Assembly (NCBI GenBank): GCA_013239625.1
Contig: MU054001.1
Coordinates: forward strand, 434,001 to 498,000
DNA from: Lama guanicoe
Taxonomy: Eukaryota
DNA length: 64,000 nt
Reading direction: 5' to 3'
The stretch's first letter is position 1; the number at the start of each line of letters is the position of its first letter. Positions 36,296-48,200 of the stretch are shown in pieces. Position numbers and translations under genes: made by a program. The notes beneath the pieces were generated by a model. The model was not told where the DNA came from. It did not search any database and saw only the letters and a program-made list of their open reading frames with translations.

Positions 36296-36410
36296 GTCAG
36301 ATTTCCACCAGAATCCCCACAGCCTCCTGGCTCACCCCTGTGCCAGTCCCAGTCCCACTAAATTGGAGTTGTCTGTCACCCCCACCAGACTCCAAGAACC
36401 ACAGGAGCCA

Positions 36411-37070
36411 TGGATTAATTTTCTATCACTGCTTTAAATACAGACTCAGCAGCTTAAAACAACATGCACTTGTTACCCCCTGGTTTCCCTGGGTCCAGAG
36501 ACCGGGCATGGCCTAGCTGGTCCTCTGCTCAGGGTCTCACAAGTCCACATTCAAGGCATCAGGCAGGCTCCATAATGCTGTGATTGTTGGCAGGACTCAG
36601 GTGCTTGAAGCTGGGGGCTGGAGGTCCTTGCTTCCTTGCTGGCTGTCAGCTGGGGCTGGGTGTGAGGAGATGCTCTCAGCTTCAAGAGGTCACCTGCAGT
36701 TCCTTGCCACATGACCTCTTTGTAGGCTCTCTCACACATGGCTGCTTATTTCTCCAAAACCGGAGGGGAGAGTCTGTCTACCTCTTCAGGAAGGGCCCAG
36801 TCTCTCTTTTAAAGACTTTTCTCCTGATTCAGTCAGGCCCACGAGGATAATCTCCCTTTTGATTGACTCAAAATTAAAAATCCACTGATTTGTGACTTTA
36901 ATTACACCTGAAAAAAATCCCTTCACTTTTGCCATATAATATAACCTGATCACAGAGTGAAATCTCATCACATTCCTGAGGCCTGCCCATGCTCAAGGGG
37001 AGGCCATTACCCGGGCCTGTACACAGCGGGCAGGAATCCTGGCTGCCACCTTAGAATTCTGTCTCCTGCA
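36411..37070 (-). mobile_element. MaLR MLT1E-like solo LTR
   Basis: agcagcttaaaacaac...tcctctgctcagggtctcacaag...tcaggcccacgaggataatctcccttttgattgactcaaa...ccaccttagaattctgtc. Confidence 0.88.
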
Positions 37071-37879
37071 AGAGGGAACTTGGCTGCCTTATCAACCCCA
37101 TGTTTCTAGCCCCTAGCATATGGCAGGTGCTCATAACCTTCTTTGAACATGTGAATGAATGAGTGAATGAGTCGAATGGCTGTGAGGCCCAGACCTTCCT
37201 CCCTTGGGTAGGAGGGAGTTACAGATTAGCCAGGAAGGTGACCCCTAATTCACCATCTAATCAACTCCTTTGAAGAAACTTTCAGTTGTCACTTTTCCTG
37301 GCACAGACCAGGCTGGACATGTGGAAACACAATCCCTGCAGCTCCTCAGTGATGAGCTGGTGGATGTCACTTGAGAGTTGGCCCCTGTGGAACAGAAGCT
37401 TGACTTCCCCAGTGTCCCCCCCCCCAGGCCACCCCAAAGTGAGAAGACACCTCCCCTTTGCCAGGAGCCAGCTGACTTGTTTCTTTATGCCCCCACGTTG
37501 GCACACATTGTGTCCGGCTAGAGTCAGTGAAGGATCCCAAGGGACACCCTGACTTTGGGCAGGAATCAGGGATAGACATTGTGTGCAGTGAGCTGCAAAG
37601 AGTCACTTGCTGAGAGGCCCATGGCATCCTTTATTTATTTGCGCTGAAATATTTATTGAGATGTGAGGCATCTATAATAGATACACCAGTCATTCGGGCA
37701 GGCCTGCTGGGGGAGAAATCTGGGTGGCCTCTCTCCTAGGCATCACTATATTCATTCAGTGAATAACTCACCTGGAAAACATTTCCTGGGGACCCACTGC
37801 AGACCAGGGACTGTGCTATGGAATCAGATTTGGTCACTGCCCTTCCAGAAGAGAGGGAGATGAAGAGGGGGCAGGGGAG

Positions 37880-38710
37880 AAATTAGTGTTTATTGAGTGC
37901 CTACTGTGTGCTAGGCATTTTATACAAATTCTCTCACTTGATTCTTACAACAGCCCCATGATGTTGGTGGCATAATCCTGTCTCCTGTAGAGATGAAGAA
38001 AGTGAAGCTCAGAGAGGTTAAGTAACTTGCCAAAGGTCACACAGTCTCATTGAATCTAAAGTTCAAGGTCTTTCCACCAGGCCGTCCTTTCTGAGACCTG
38101 AATTGAGAGCTCTTCATAAATTTCAACAACTGAAGGAAGTTTTGGGGGTTAAGGATAGGCAATGTGTTAGAGATGGGCAGCACACAGGGAGGAGATGAAG
38201 GGGCTGAACCCCAGCAGAGAGGCTAAGGATGGGATCACTGTGGTCCTTGTTTGCTGGGCCCTTACTCTGTGCCAGTCCCTATTCAAAGCACTTCAAGTCA
38301 TTTCCACCCTCCAACAACCCTCTGGGATAGCTATTCTAACCTTCATTTATAGGTGAGATAATGGGGCTCAAGTTGGGGAAGCAACTTCCCCACGCTCATG
38401 AGGTACAAAATGGCTGAGCTGGGATTTGGAAGTCAGGGTTCTACTGGGTGCATCTGGGAAGGGTTCCCAGTAACAGCAAGGCTTCCTGGGTCCTGACTCT
38501 AACCAGGTGGCTGCTCAGAGGCCCTTACATACACTGGCTCATCCTAGCCTCCCCAGCACCCTTGCAAGTCATGCATTGTCGGTAGCCCCATTTTACCGAA
38601 GGGGATATTAAACCACGAAGTGGTTAAGTCCATCACACGGCCAGGGAGGGACGGAGCCAGGATTTGAGGCCAGGCAGTTTGGGGCCCAGAGCCAGTCTGT
38701 TTAATCCTTG
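37880..38710 (-). mobile_element. Cluster of three MIR SINEs (~37880-38080, 38240-38450, 38520-38710)
   Basis: tttattgagtgcctactgtgtgctaggca...gctcagagaggttaagtaacttgccaaaggtcacacag and two similar cores. Confidence 0.85.
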
Positions 38711-39427
38711 AGACTTACTGCCACCCTGCTAAATGCCAGGGGCTTGGCAGTGGCCTGTAGACTGGGGCCAACACCCCTTGGGAGGCGAGAGGGCTTTCCC
38801 ATAAGCCAGGGCCAGGGTGCCCAGGCCCAGACACCTGTGCTTCCTGGGATCCCTGCATTTCTGATCCACTGGCTTCCTGAGATACTGCTGTTTTTGCTCT
38901 GCCTGCTGCCTGGTATCCATCATTTCTGCTTTGCCCTTGACTTTCCTTTGTGAGCCTCTAATGCAGGGGACTCTGCAGGGCCCCAGAAAGATCTTTCCAA
39001 GTCCTTCCAGGCTCCTGCTCTCCATCCAGCAGCAAATCTCTGTCCTTGAGCACTGCTTCCCTGTCCTGGGTCTGATCATGTAGAACATGTCACTCGGACA
39101 CATAGACACAGACATAGCTGTGAAAGGCCCAGGGGAGAAATACCACAAACTTAACCTCTTTGAGGGGCTGGCCTGCTTCAGAAACAAAGGATGTGTGTGC
39201 GTGACTTTATTATTTTTTTCATTAAGGGAAAATATCAATGTAATAAATATATGTGGCTTTTAAAGAAGGATGATTGGATGACTTTTTAAGGTTTAATGAC
39301 ATACAGAAGGCTTCTGATTCCTTCTCCCGCTTCCTCACCTGCAAGTCCCACACCCCCAAACCATCCTCTTTCAACTCTTAAAATTCTTTCTTCTACTATT
39401 TATCACACTTCTGTATAACATTCAGCT

Positions 39428-42400
39428 AATTTTAAATTTAATAGCTTTCCCTGGATATAACTAACACACTGTACATGTTTACAATATATAATTTGATAAC
39501 CTTTGACATGTACTTACACCCATGAAACTATCACCAGTCAAGATAATGAGCATATCCATCATCTCCCAAAATTTCTTCCTGCCTCTTGGCGATCCCTCCC
39601 TCTTGTCTCCCCCACTCCCCTTTCCTGCTCATCCCCAAGCAACCCATGGTCTTTCTGTCACTGCCCATTGATTTGCACTTTCTAAAATTCTGTACAAATT
39701 GGATCATACCATAGGTACTCTTTTTTGTTTGGCTTCTTTCATTTAGCATGATTATTTTGAGATCTGCTCATGTTGTTGCATTAACAAGCAATTAACAAGT
39801 TTTACTGCTGAGTTGTGTACCATTGTATGGATATATGACCATTTATCCATTAACTTGATGGGCATTGAGACTGTTTCCAGTTTTCAGCATTACAAATAAA
39901 TTTGCTATGGGCATCCATGGACAAATCTTTGTATGGTCATATGCTTTCATTTCTCTTGGATGAATACCTAGAGGTGGAATAATTCAATGATATAATAAGC
40001 ATACATATAACTTTTTAAAGAAACTACCAAACTCTTTTCCAAATGGTCGTGCCATCTTACTTTCCCATCAGCAGTGTGTGAGAGTCCAAGTTGTTCCCTA
40101 CTCTCTCTAACATGGGAACGCTGAGACTTTTTAAGCCATTGTAATACATGTGTATCTAATAGATGTGGTAATGGTATCTCATTGTAGTTTTGATTTGCAC
40201 TTATATAATGACTGATGATGTTTCATATGTTTTCATGTGCTTATCTGCCATCTTCTCTGGTAAAGTATTTGTTCACATCTTTGGCTCTTTTTATAATTGG
40301 GTTGTTCACGTTCTTATTATTAAGTTTTGAGAGTTCTTTATATATTCTGGATACAAGTCCTTTATAACGGAGTTATGATTTGCAAATATTTTCTCATAGT
40401 ATGTGGCTTGCCTTTTCATTCTCAAAACAGTGCCTTTCAAAGAGCAAAAGTCCTTAATTAAGAAGTCCTTAATTTTGGAGCATGTTTTTGATGCCTTTTC
40501 TAAGAAATCTATGACCTAAGCCAAGGTCACAAAACTTTTTTTCCTTTTTTTTTTCCTGTAATTCTATAGCTCTAAGTTTTACATTTTAGGTCTATGATCC
40601 ATTTTGAGGTCAATGATTAATTTTTAGACATGGGGAGAAGTATGGATTGATACTCTTTTGTTTACATATGGATATCCAATTATTTTTCATCATTATTTAA
40701 AAGACTGTCCTTTCGTCACTGATTTCTCTTTGCACTTTGGTTGCAAATTGGTTGTCCATATACATGTGGGTCTATTTATACACTCTGTATTCTGTTTCAT
40801 TGATCTTTTTGTCTGTCTTAATACCAGTACCACACTGTACTGATGACTGTGTTGATGACTTGATGTCAGATAGTGTTAGTCCTCCAACTTTGATCTTCAT
40901 TTCCAAAAGTATTTTGACTGTTCCAGGTTCTCTGCATTTCTATGTGAATTTCAGAATCAGCTTGTCAATTTCCATGAAGAAACCGTCCTTCAGATTGAGA
41001 TTGCATCAAATTGATAGGTCAATTTGAGAAAAATTGATATCTTAACAATATTGAATCTGCCAATGCATGAATATGATACATCTCTCCATTTATGTAGGTC
41101 GTATGTAACACTTTTCTTCAGTGTTTTGTAGTTTTTGGTGCACAGATCTTACATATCTTTGTCAGATTTATCCTTAAGTATTTCATATTTTCTAGTACAT
41201 GGTATATTCCAATTTTAAATTATTTAGAAATACAATTGATTTTGGTGTAGTAATCTTGAATGCTGCAACCTTATTACATTCACTTATTAATTCTCATAGT
41301 GTTTTTTCGATGCCATTGGATTTTCTAAATAGACAATCATCAACAGATGACTGAATAAAGATGTATATTTATACAATGGAATACTATTTAGCCACAAAAA
41401 CCGACAACATAACACCATTTGCAGCAACATGGATGTTCCTGGAGAATGTCATTCTAAGTGAAGTAAGCCAGAAAGAGAAAGAAAAATACCATATGAGGTT
41501 GCTCATATGCAGAATCTAAAAAATAAATAAATAAATACAAAACAGAAACAGACTCATAGACATAGAATACAAACTTGTGGTTGCCAGGGGGATGAGGGGT
41601 GGGAAGGGACAGACTGGGATTTCAAAATGTAGAATAGATAAACAAGACTGTACTGTGTGGCACAGGGAAATATATATATAGGATCTTGGCTCACAGCGAA
41701 AGAGAATGTGACAATGAATATATGTATGATCATGTATAACTGAAAAATTGTGCCCTACACTGGAATTTGACACAATATTGTAAAATGACTGTAACTCAAT
41801 AAAAAATGTTAAACTTAAAAAAAAAAAGACAATCATATCATCCAGGAACAAACACAATTTTATTTCTTCCTTTCCAGTAGGGGTGCTTTTAAGTTGTTTT
41901 TCTTGCCTTATCACACTGGCTAAACCTTCCTGAACAATATTAAATAGAAATGGGGAGAGTAGACATGTTTGCTTTGTTCTTGATCTTAGAGGGAGAGTAA
42001 TCAGTGTTTCACCATTAAGTAAGTTAGCTGTGGGTTGCTGTACATGTCCTTTTCAAGTAGAGGTAGTTTCCTTCTATTCAGAGTTTGCTGCAATTTTTTA
42101 AAAATCAGGAATCAGTATTGGATTTTGTTGAATGCTTTACATGTACCTATTGAAATATTCATATGTGTTTTTTTTCAGTTTATTAATACAGTTAATTCCA
42201 TGGAGTGATTCTCAAATAAACCAACCTTACATTCCTAGGATAAACCCTACTTAGTCATAATGTAGTAGCCTTTTCTACATTGTTGGATCCAAATTGGTAA
42301 AATTTTGTTAAGAAATTTGCCTCTATATTCAAGAGGGAAATTGGTCTGCAGTTTTCAAGTGATGTCCCTGTCTGGTTTTGGTATCAAGGTAATGCTGGGC

Positions 42401-44217
42401 CTATAGAAGCTGGGAAATATTTCATTCTCTTCAATTTTCTGGAACAGTTTTTATAGAATTGGTACTATTTCTATATTAACTATGTAGTGGAATTCATCAG
42501 TGAAGCCTTCTTGGCCTAGTGTTTCCTTTATGAGGAGGATTTTATTTTTACTAAAATTCAGTCTTCTGTAAATTTGGCTATTCAGAATATCCATTTGTTT
42601 TTGGTAGTTTGTGTTTTTCAAGGAATTTGTCTATTTCATGAAAGCTATAAATTTATTGGCATAAACTTGTCATAATAGTCCCTTATTATCTTTTAAATGT
42701 CTGTAGAACCTACAGTGATTTCACCTCTTTCAATGCTAGTACTAGTAATCTATGTCTTCTCTTTATCCAGATCAACCTGGATAATGATTTATTAATTTAG
42801 TTGATCTCAAAATACCAGCTTTTAGTGTCCAAGATTTACTCAGTTGTTTTTCTGTTTCATTGATTTCTACTTTGATCTTTATTGTTCAGTTTTTTCCTGC
42901 TTACTTTGGGTTCAATTTGTTCCTTTAGTGTTTTTTTTTTTTCTTTCTGGTTTCTTAAGCTGGAAGTAGATGTCATTGATATGAGACCCTTATTCTTTTG
43001 TAATATGCATGGTTAGTGCTATAAATTTCCCTTTATACTCTTTTAGATGCATCTCACACACGTTTTTATTTGTCTTTTCATTTAAATTCATTTCCAAGAA
43101 TCTACTTTTCCTTTGATTTCTTCTTTGACCCATGGTTTATTTAGAAGTGTGTCATTTAGTTTCCAAATATTTGGAGGTTTTCCAGGTATTTTTCTGTAAT
43201 TGAGCTCAAATGTAATTCCATATGGTCAGAGAACATACTTTGAATCTTTTTAAATTTATTGAGACTTGTTTTATGGCCCAGAATATGGTCTATCTTGTGA
43301 ATGTTCTGTGTACACTTGTGAAGAATGAGTATCCTGCTATTGTTGCATGGAGTGTTCTGTAAATGTCAATCAGCTCAAGTTGATTGATACTGCTAGACAA
43401 ATCTTATATAGCCTTACTGATTTTCTGTCTACTTCTATCAATTATTGAAAGAAGGGCATTGAAATTTTCAGCTGTAATTGTGGATTTATCTATTTCTCCT
43501 TGCAGTTCTATCAGGTTTTGCTACACATATTTTGAAGCTGTGTTATTAAGTGCATAAATGTTTAGGATTACTGTATCCTCTTGATGAATGGACCCCGTTA
43601 TCCTTATGAAATGAACTTCTTTGTCTCTGACAGGATGAGAGCAGCAGTCTAGGGCTAATTATTGAGGCAAGACTCTTCTGAGTACTCTACTCCAAGCTCC
43701 ATGAGTTATGAGGGATTTCCACTCTGGCTGGTGGGCATAGGTGTAACCACAGGCCCTGTATGAACGCCAGATACTGTTCTCTTTAATCCTTCTGGGTGGT
43801 TCTTTCCCCACCTTGGGAAGCTTCCTCATATGCATGTGCTGAGCAGCACCCCATGAGTGCTTCAGGGGACCTTCTGCAGGTCTCTTTGCCACTCCCTTCT
43901 TTCCTGTACCCTTCCCTGTACATTTTAGCTGCCTAGTCTCCCTATATCCTTCATGCCATCTCCTCACCAGGGATCCACTGTGTCCTACCTGGGTTTTCTC
44001 TCCCCATGCGTGGCCTAGAAACTTTCTCTAGGTAGTAAGCTGGGGGTGATCGTAGGCTTACCTCATTTGTTCCCATCCCTTTGGGATCTACACCCTTCAT
44101 TATCTCATGTACAGTGGCTCAAAAACCATTGCTTCATATATTTTGTTCAGTTTAATCATTGTGTCAGATGGAGAATAAATCTAGTTCTTGTAATTCCATT
44201 TTGGCTAGAAGTAAAAG
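39428..44217 (-). mobile_element. Old L1M (MB-MD type): 3'UTR, degraded ORF2 and a 5'UTR-like end; ORF1 apparently missing
   Basis: 3'UTR motifs from 39430; ORF2 RT motif [28 protein letters not shown] (minus strand, 41914 down to ~41830); endonuclease-region sequence to ~43630; 5'UTR-like block ending ccattttggctagaagtaaaag. Confidence 0.9.
41341..41826 (+). mobile_element. Young 5'-truncated L1 (camelid-like 3' end) with poly-A and TSD agacaatcat
   Basis: 41361-41519 encodes the L1 ORF2 C-terminus MYIYTMEYYLATKTDNITPFAATWMFLENVILSEVSQKEKEKYHMRLLICRI*; AATAAA and A-tail follow; TSD at 41331-41340 and 41827-41836. Confidence 0.95.
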
Positions 44218-45099
44218 CCTTTAACTTTTTTTTAATCTGTTCATTTTTAGGTTTCTGTGTTGACCTGTGGCTGCAAAAGCTGAGGACTTAGGTTTCTTAG
44301 AAAAGATTGTCGACTTTCCACCCCACACCTTTTCCTTTCCTTCAGCCTCCCAATATAGACTTGGTTAAAATAGCATTAAATATTCACATTATGATGACTC
44401 TGAAAATATTACTCACACCTGAGTCATCTGGTATACTGAGACTGAGGTCCTTTCTTTAATATCTTTGAGTTGTCAGTAGAGTTAATATTTGTCTTTTTAA
44501 AAGATTTGCTTTCTTATCTGATGGTTTATTCTTTTAATTGAAGAGTTTCATACTCAAATAACATGAATGCCAGCAGTGTCTCGAGGAGGGAGATTGTTGA
44601 AGGATTTGGGCTACATGGGCTGAGGCTGTTTTCGTATCTCTAGCACGGAAGAAGGGTGGGGCAGGGACCCTGGTTTTGACACACAGGCCTGGCCCTCTGC
44701 ATTCACCCTACATATCCCTGGCATATTCTGGGAAAGAAGGAAAACATGGGAATTGGGATAAACAGAGAAGAGAAGAAGCATGAACACAGAACCGGACACA
44801 GGATTCGAGTCTTACATGTGTTGCTAATGTTCTGTGTGACCTCAAGCAAGCCTCTTCTCTGTTGAGACCCCAGTTACTTATCTGTGACATGAACATGAGG
44901 TTAGATGGTTGCAAAAGTCTCTTCTAGGTCTCCAAGTTTGTGCAGGGATAGGGTGTCCATGGAGACACTGAGGGCCTGAGCAGTTCCCTGGTCACCTGCC
45001 TCAATTCAGCCAAGAATCAGGCAATTCTTTGCATAAACAAAGAGAGCAGACATGGTTGTTTGGGTTCACCAAGAGATCTAATGATGGGAGCCACAGAGA

Positions 45100-45205
45100 G
45101 CAGGTTTCAGACCAAGATGTTGATCGATTGAAGGAGGATAAAGCCTCTTCAGATAATGAGCACCCCATCACTGGAGTGTGTGAGCAGAGCTTGGACCAGC
45201 CTGAG
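45100..45205 (+). mobile_element. L3/CR1-like 3' fragment
   Basis: taatgagcaccccatcactggagtgtgtgagcagagcttgga resembles the CR1/L3 terminal motif. Confidence 0.5.
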
Positions 45206-45308
45206 GCAAAGTTCTACTTCTTCCATTACAGTCATCATACTGTATTGTCATTGCCTGTTTTCTTCAGTGGCTCCCTGACTGGACTACAAGATACCTGAGT
45301 GTCTAGCC

Positions 45309-45514
45309 CAGTGGTTCTCAACCAGGGCAGTTTCCCCCCTGGTAACATTTGGCAATGACTGGAGACATTTTTGGTTGTCCCAACTTGGGGTGGGGGTGGG
45401 GAAGGTGCTACTAGCATCTAGTGGATAGAGGCCAGTGATGCGGCTAAACCTCCTACAAAAGACAGGCCAACACAGAGCAAAGAATTATCTGGTACAGGAG
45501 GTTGAGGAGCCCTG
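45309..45514 (+). mobile_element. MER20 (hAT-Charlie MITE), TSD-like gtctagcc/gactaggc
   Basis: cagtggttctcaaccagggc...acatttggcaatgactggagacatttttggttgtc...gcatctagtggatagaggccagtgatgc...gaggttgaggagccctg. Confidence 0.95.
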
Positions 45515-45725
45515 GACTAGGCTACCATCTCAACCCAGCGCAGGGCATGGGTCTGGCACATGGGAGGCAATCAGTACGTGCAGGAAGAATGAATGACAAT
45601 TCTGGGCAGAATCTGCTTGTCCAATGTCCCCTGTGCCTCCCCAGGGATTCAGCCTCCCTGGGCACGGAGCATGACAGAGGAAGAAAGACAATAGATCCAG
45701 TTGGGGGGGGGGTGCAGGTCGTGGC

Positions 45726-46078
45726 TGCTATGGTCTCCATGTTTGTGTCCCGCCAATTTTCATATGTTGAAAACTTAATGCCTAAGGTTGAAGGTATTAG
45801 GAGATAAGGACTTTGGGAGGTGATTATGTCATGGTGTTGGAGCCCTCATGAATGGGACTAGTGCCCCTATAAAAGAGGTTCCAGAGAGCTGGCTCACCCT
45901 TCCACCATGAGAGGACATAGTGAGAAGTCAGCAAACCTGGAAAAAGGTCCTCACCAGAAGCCGAATGTGCTGGCACCCTGATCTTGAACTTCCAGCCTCC
46001 TGAGCTATGAGAAATAAATTGTTTATAAGCCACTAAGTCTGTGGTATGTTGTTATAGCGGCCTGAATGGACTAAGGCA
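45726..46078 (+). mobile_element. MaLR MLT1A-like solo LTR with perfect 5-bp TSD gtggc
   Basis: TG...CA termini; TATAAAA ~45868; AATAAA ~46013; gtggc at 45721-25 and 46079-83. Confidence 0.95.
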
Positions 46079-46109
46079 GTGGCTAATAACCAACACATTC
46101 ATTTTTTTA

Positions 46110-46255
46110 AATTATCCATTTTCCTATCCAACACATAAGATCCATGAGGACAAAGACTTCATCTCTTTTGGTTATTAGCCATGTTCCCAAGTACCTAGAA
46201 CTTTGCCTGGGTGCTGGTAGGTGCCCCACACATGATTGTTAATGAATAGATGAAA
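46110..46255 (+). mobile_element. L2 3' end
   Basis: taagatccatgaggacaaagact...tacctagaactttgcctgg...gttaatgaatagatgaa. Confidence 0.8.
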
Positions 46256-47289
46256 CAAAATAAAACAAAAGATCTAACAGTAGAATGTTTTGTGGGCAAG
46301 AAAGTACCTGTATCTATATGAAGGATTGTCATATTGTGGTGAGATTAACTTTTTGCAGGTGGTTTCAGAACAGCACAAGTGAACCTGGAAATTGAGCCTG
46401 CCCATGACCATCGTTGTCACTGCCTCATTCCCTACCCCTACCCTACCCCAAGTTCAGGAGAGATTTCTGGAGGTCCATCTTTGCCACATGTGGCAGAGAA
46501 CAGATTGAAGGGAAGGAAGGATAACTTTAGACACCTTTTCCTTGTCAAAGTAAAAGGGTCAGGGAGCCCATTGGTGGGTGAGATTGGACTGGGACCTGCA
46601 GCAGGTCAAATCTCCAGAATCCTCTGCCAACTCTGGATGCAGCCCCCAGGGTATATCCACTGCCAAGCTGCAAGGTGTGAAATGCTTATTTAAGGAAACT
46701 TTAGACCTGCCCTGGCTCCCTGCAGATTCACCCAAGTGGGTCATCCCAGTATCTTCCCTTACAGAAGCTTAAGCATTTTTAGACCCATGGTCCCTTAATT
46801 CAGAAGGATGGCTATCATGGTGGAATTTCAGGCCGAGTAGCGATTTAAGAGGAGATTATGTCTCCAGTAGCACCCCAAAACAGAGGGGCTTCCCCGGGCC
46901 ACAGACGTTGATGCTAAGGACTTGGGATGCTGAGCTCACTCCCAAGCCACACCAAAGTTTGGCTCCCATCTGACCCAGCCCTGGTGTAGGGTGGCTTGGG
47001 AGAAGTCAAGCAGCTTCCTCTTGCTAGCTCTGAGACTTTTACTTGTTCATAAATTAGATTTCACACTTTATGTGACTGTTCTGAGGATGAAATAACTCAG
47101 AAAGTCCCACCAAATGCCTGGCACATAGTAGGCACCCCCAAGCCCCTCACTTTTCTGGCTTCTCATCTTATAGGCCCTCCGGAGACCTTGTCTTTCCTGT
47201 AGCAGGGATAGTAGCCAGACAAGCCATCCCATCCTCTACCCGGATCAGGCTCTCTGCGTTTGAAAACTTACAAAGCAGGAAAACTTTTT

Positions 47290-48118
47290 CCCCAGGCCGG
47301 CTCCGTCTCCGCTGCCACCATGAAAGCCCCTTCGCCTTCCCCCTACGGGCCTGCCGCCGTCTTAAGAAAAACCCTCATCTCCTCAGCCGGGCTCAAGAGC
47401 CGAGCATCGTCGCTAGGAAAGGAGGGAGGGAGCCGAGGGGGACGCACTAATGGGGGACGCCTCGGCAGAGGAGAAGACACAATGGATAAAAGAAGAAAGC
47501 GCATCCAAACACGAGTTCTTGTTCTCGAGAAGAAGGGCCAAGACTGACTTTATAGCAACAGCTTTGAGAGCAGCAGCGGTGGGATTTCATGGCAGAGGTT
47601 CCGCGGGAAAATCAATAAGCGGGGCCGCTGTTTGGAGAGGCAGCAAGAAAGGCCACTAACGAGGCCAGATTGTAACAGTTCTGCGAGCAGCCACAATGCT
47701 CACCTTACACGGCGCGGCCGCGCGTTAGTAAATAATAAATCACAGCGGCCGGCGGGCGGCGGCGGCGGCGCCGGACAGAACGCAGCGCGTTTGACTGCAA
47801 AGCAGACCCGGGGCCATGAATTATTCACCGCCGCGCGGAGATAAAACACGGCAGCGGGAGGAGGCGCAGCCCTGCAAACAGGTGCCCGGCGCGGAAATCT
47901 GCCTTTTGATTACGAGCCTGGGCTGGGGCTGGGCCGGCCTGGCCGCAGTTCGGGGGCATCGGCGCTCAGGGCACAGGAAAAGCTGGGATTAATCAGGGGC
48001 GGCCGCCGCCGCCGCCGCCGCCCCGCAAGAGCGATTTGCCAGACTCCGGGGCTGGGAGCAATTACAGGCGGGCCCGGCAGGGCTAGCGGTGTGAACCTGC
48101 AGGGGCGTGCGTGCGTGA

Positions 48119-48155
<37 letters not shown>

Positions 48156-48200
48156 CGGGCGCTCCCGCCGTGTGCACGGATGCTGGGGGCGGTTAAACGT
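47290..48200. promoter_or_regulatory. CpG island (orphan; no coding exon visible) with developmental TF motifs
   Basis: Very dense CpG, NotI sites, (GGC)5 at 47755-69 and (GCC)7 at 48002-22; interspersed AT-rich motif blocks. Confidence 0.85.

Larger units (their letters stand above)
34830..37175 (+). mobile_element. Long fragmented L2 split by a MIR (35322-35570), a pyrimidine tract and an MLT1 LTR (36411-37070)
   Basis: Colinear L2 motifs from ctccaaggtcac...tcctaaatctaatg, through ctcagcaaagggcaccaccatccac, to the tail gtgaatgaatgagtgaatga. Confidence 0.7.
39330..44560 (-). mobile_element. HAL1-like element (39330-39420 and 44225-44560) split by an L1M insertion
   Basis: ctttcaactcttaaaattctttcttctactattta... 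continues after the L1 as ...cctcccaatatagacttggttaaaa...tattcacattatgatgactctgaaaatatt, as in my recollection of the HAL1 3' consensus. Confidence 0.55.

Noticed and set aside
35524..36361. Pro/Leu/Ser-rich and Gly/Arg-rich ORFs
   Set aside because: Produced by L2 sequence and the polypyrimidine tract.
41516..41914. 132-aa ORF with a reverse-transcriptase motif, as a possible RT gene or novel retro-system
   Set aside because: Only the first ~29 residues are L1 ORF2 (FLDD motif) from a decayed L1M. The rest reads antisense through the inserted young L1 tail, and the host ORF2 is riddled with stops and frameshifts.
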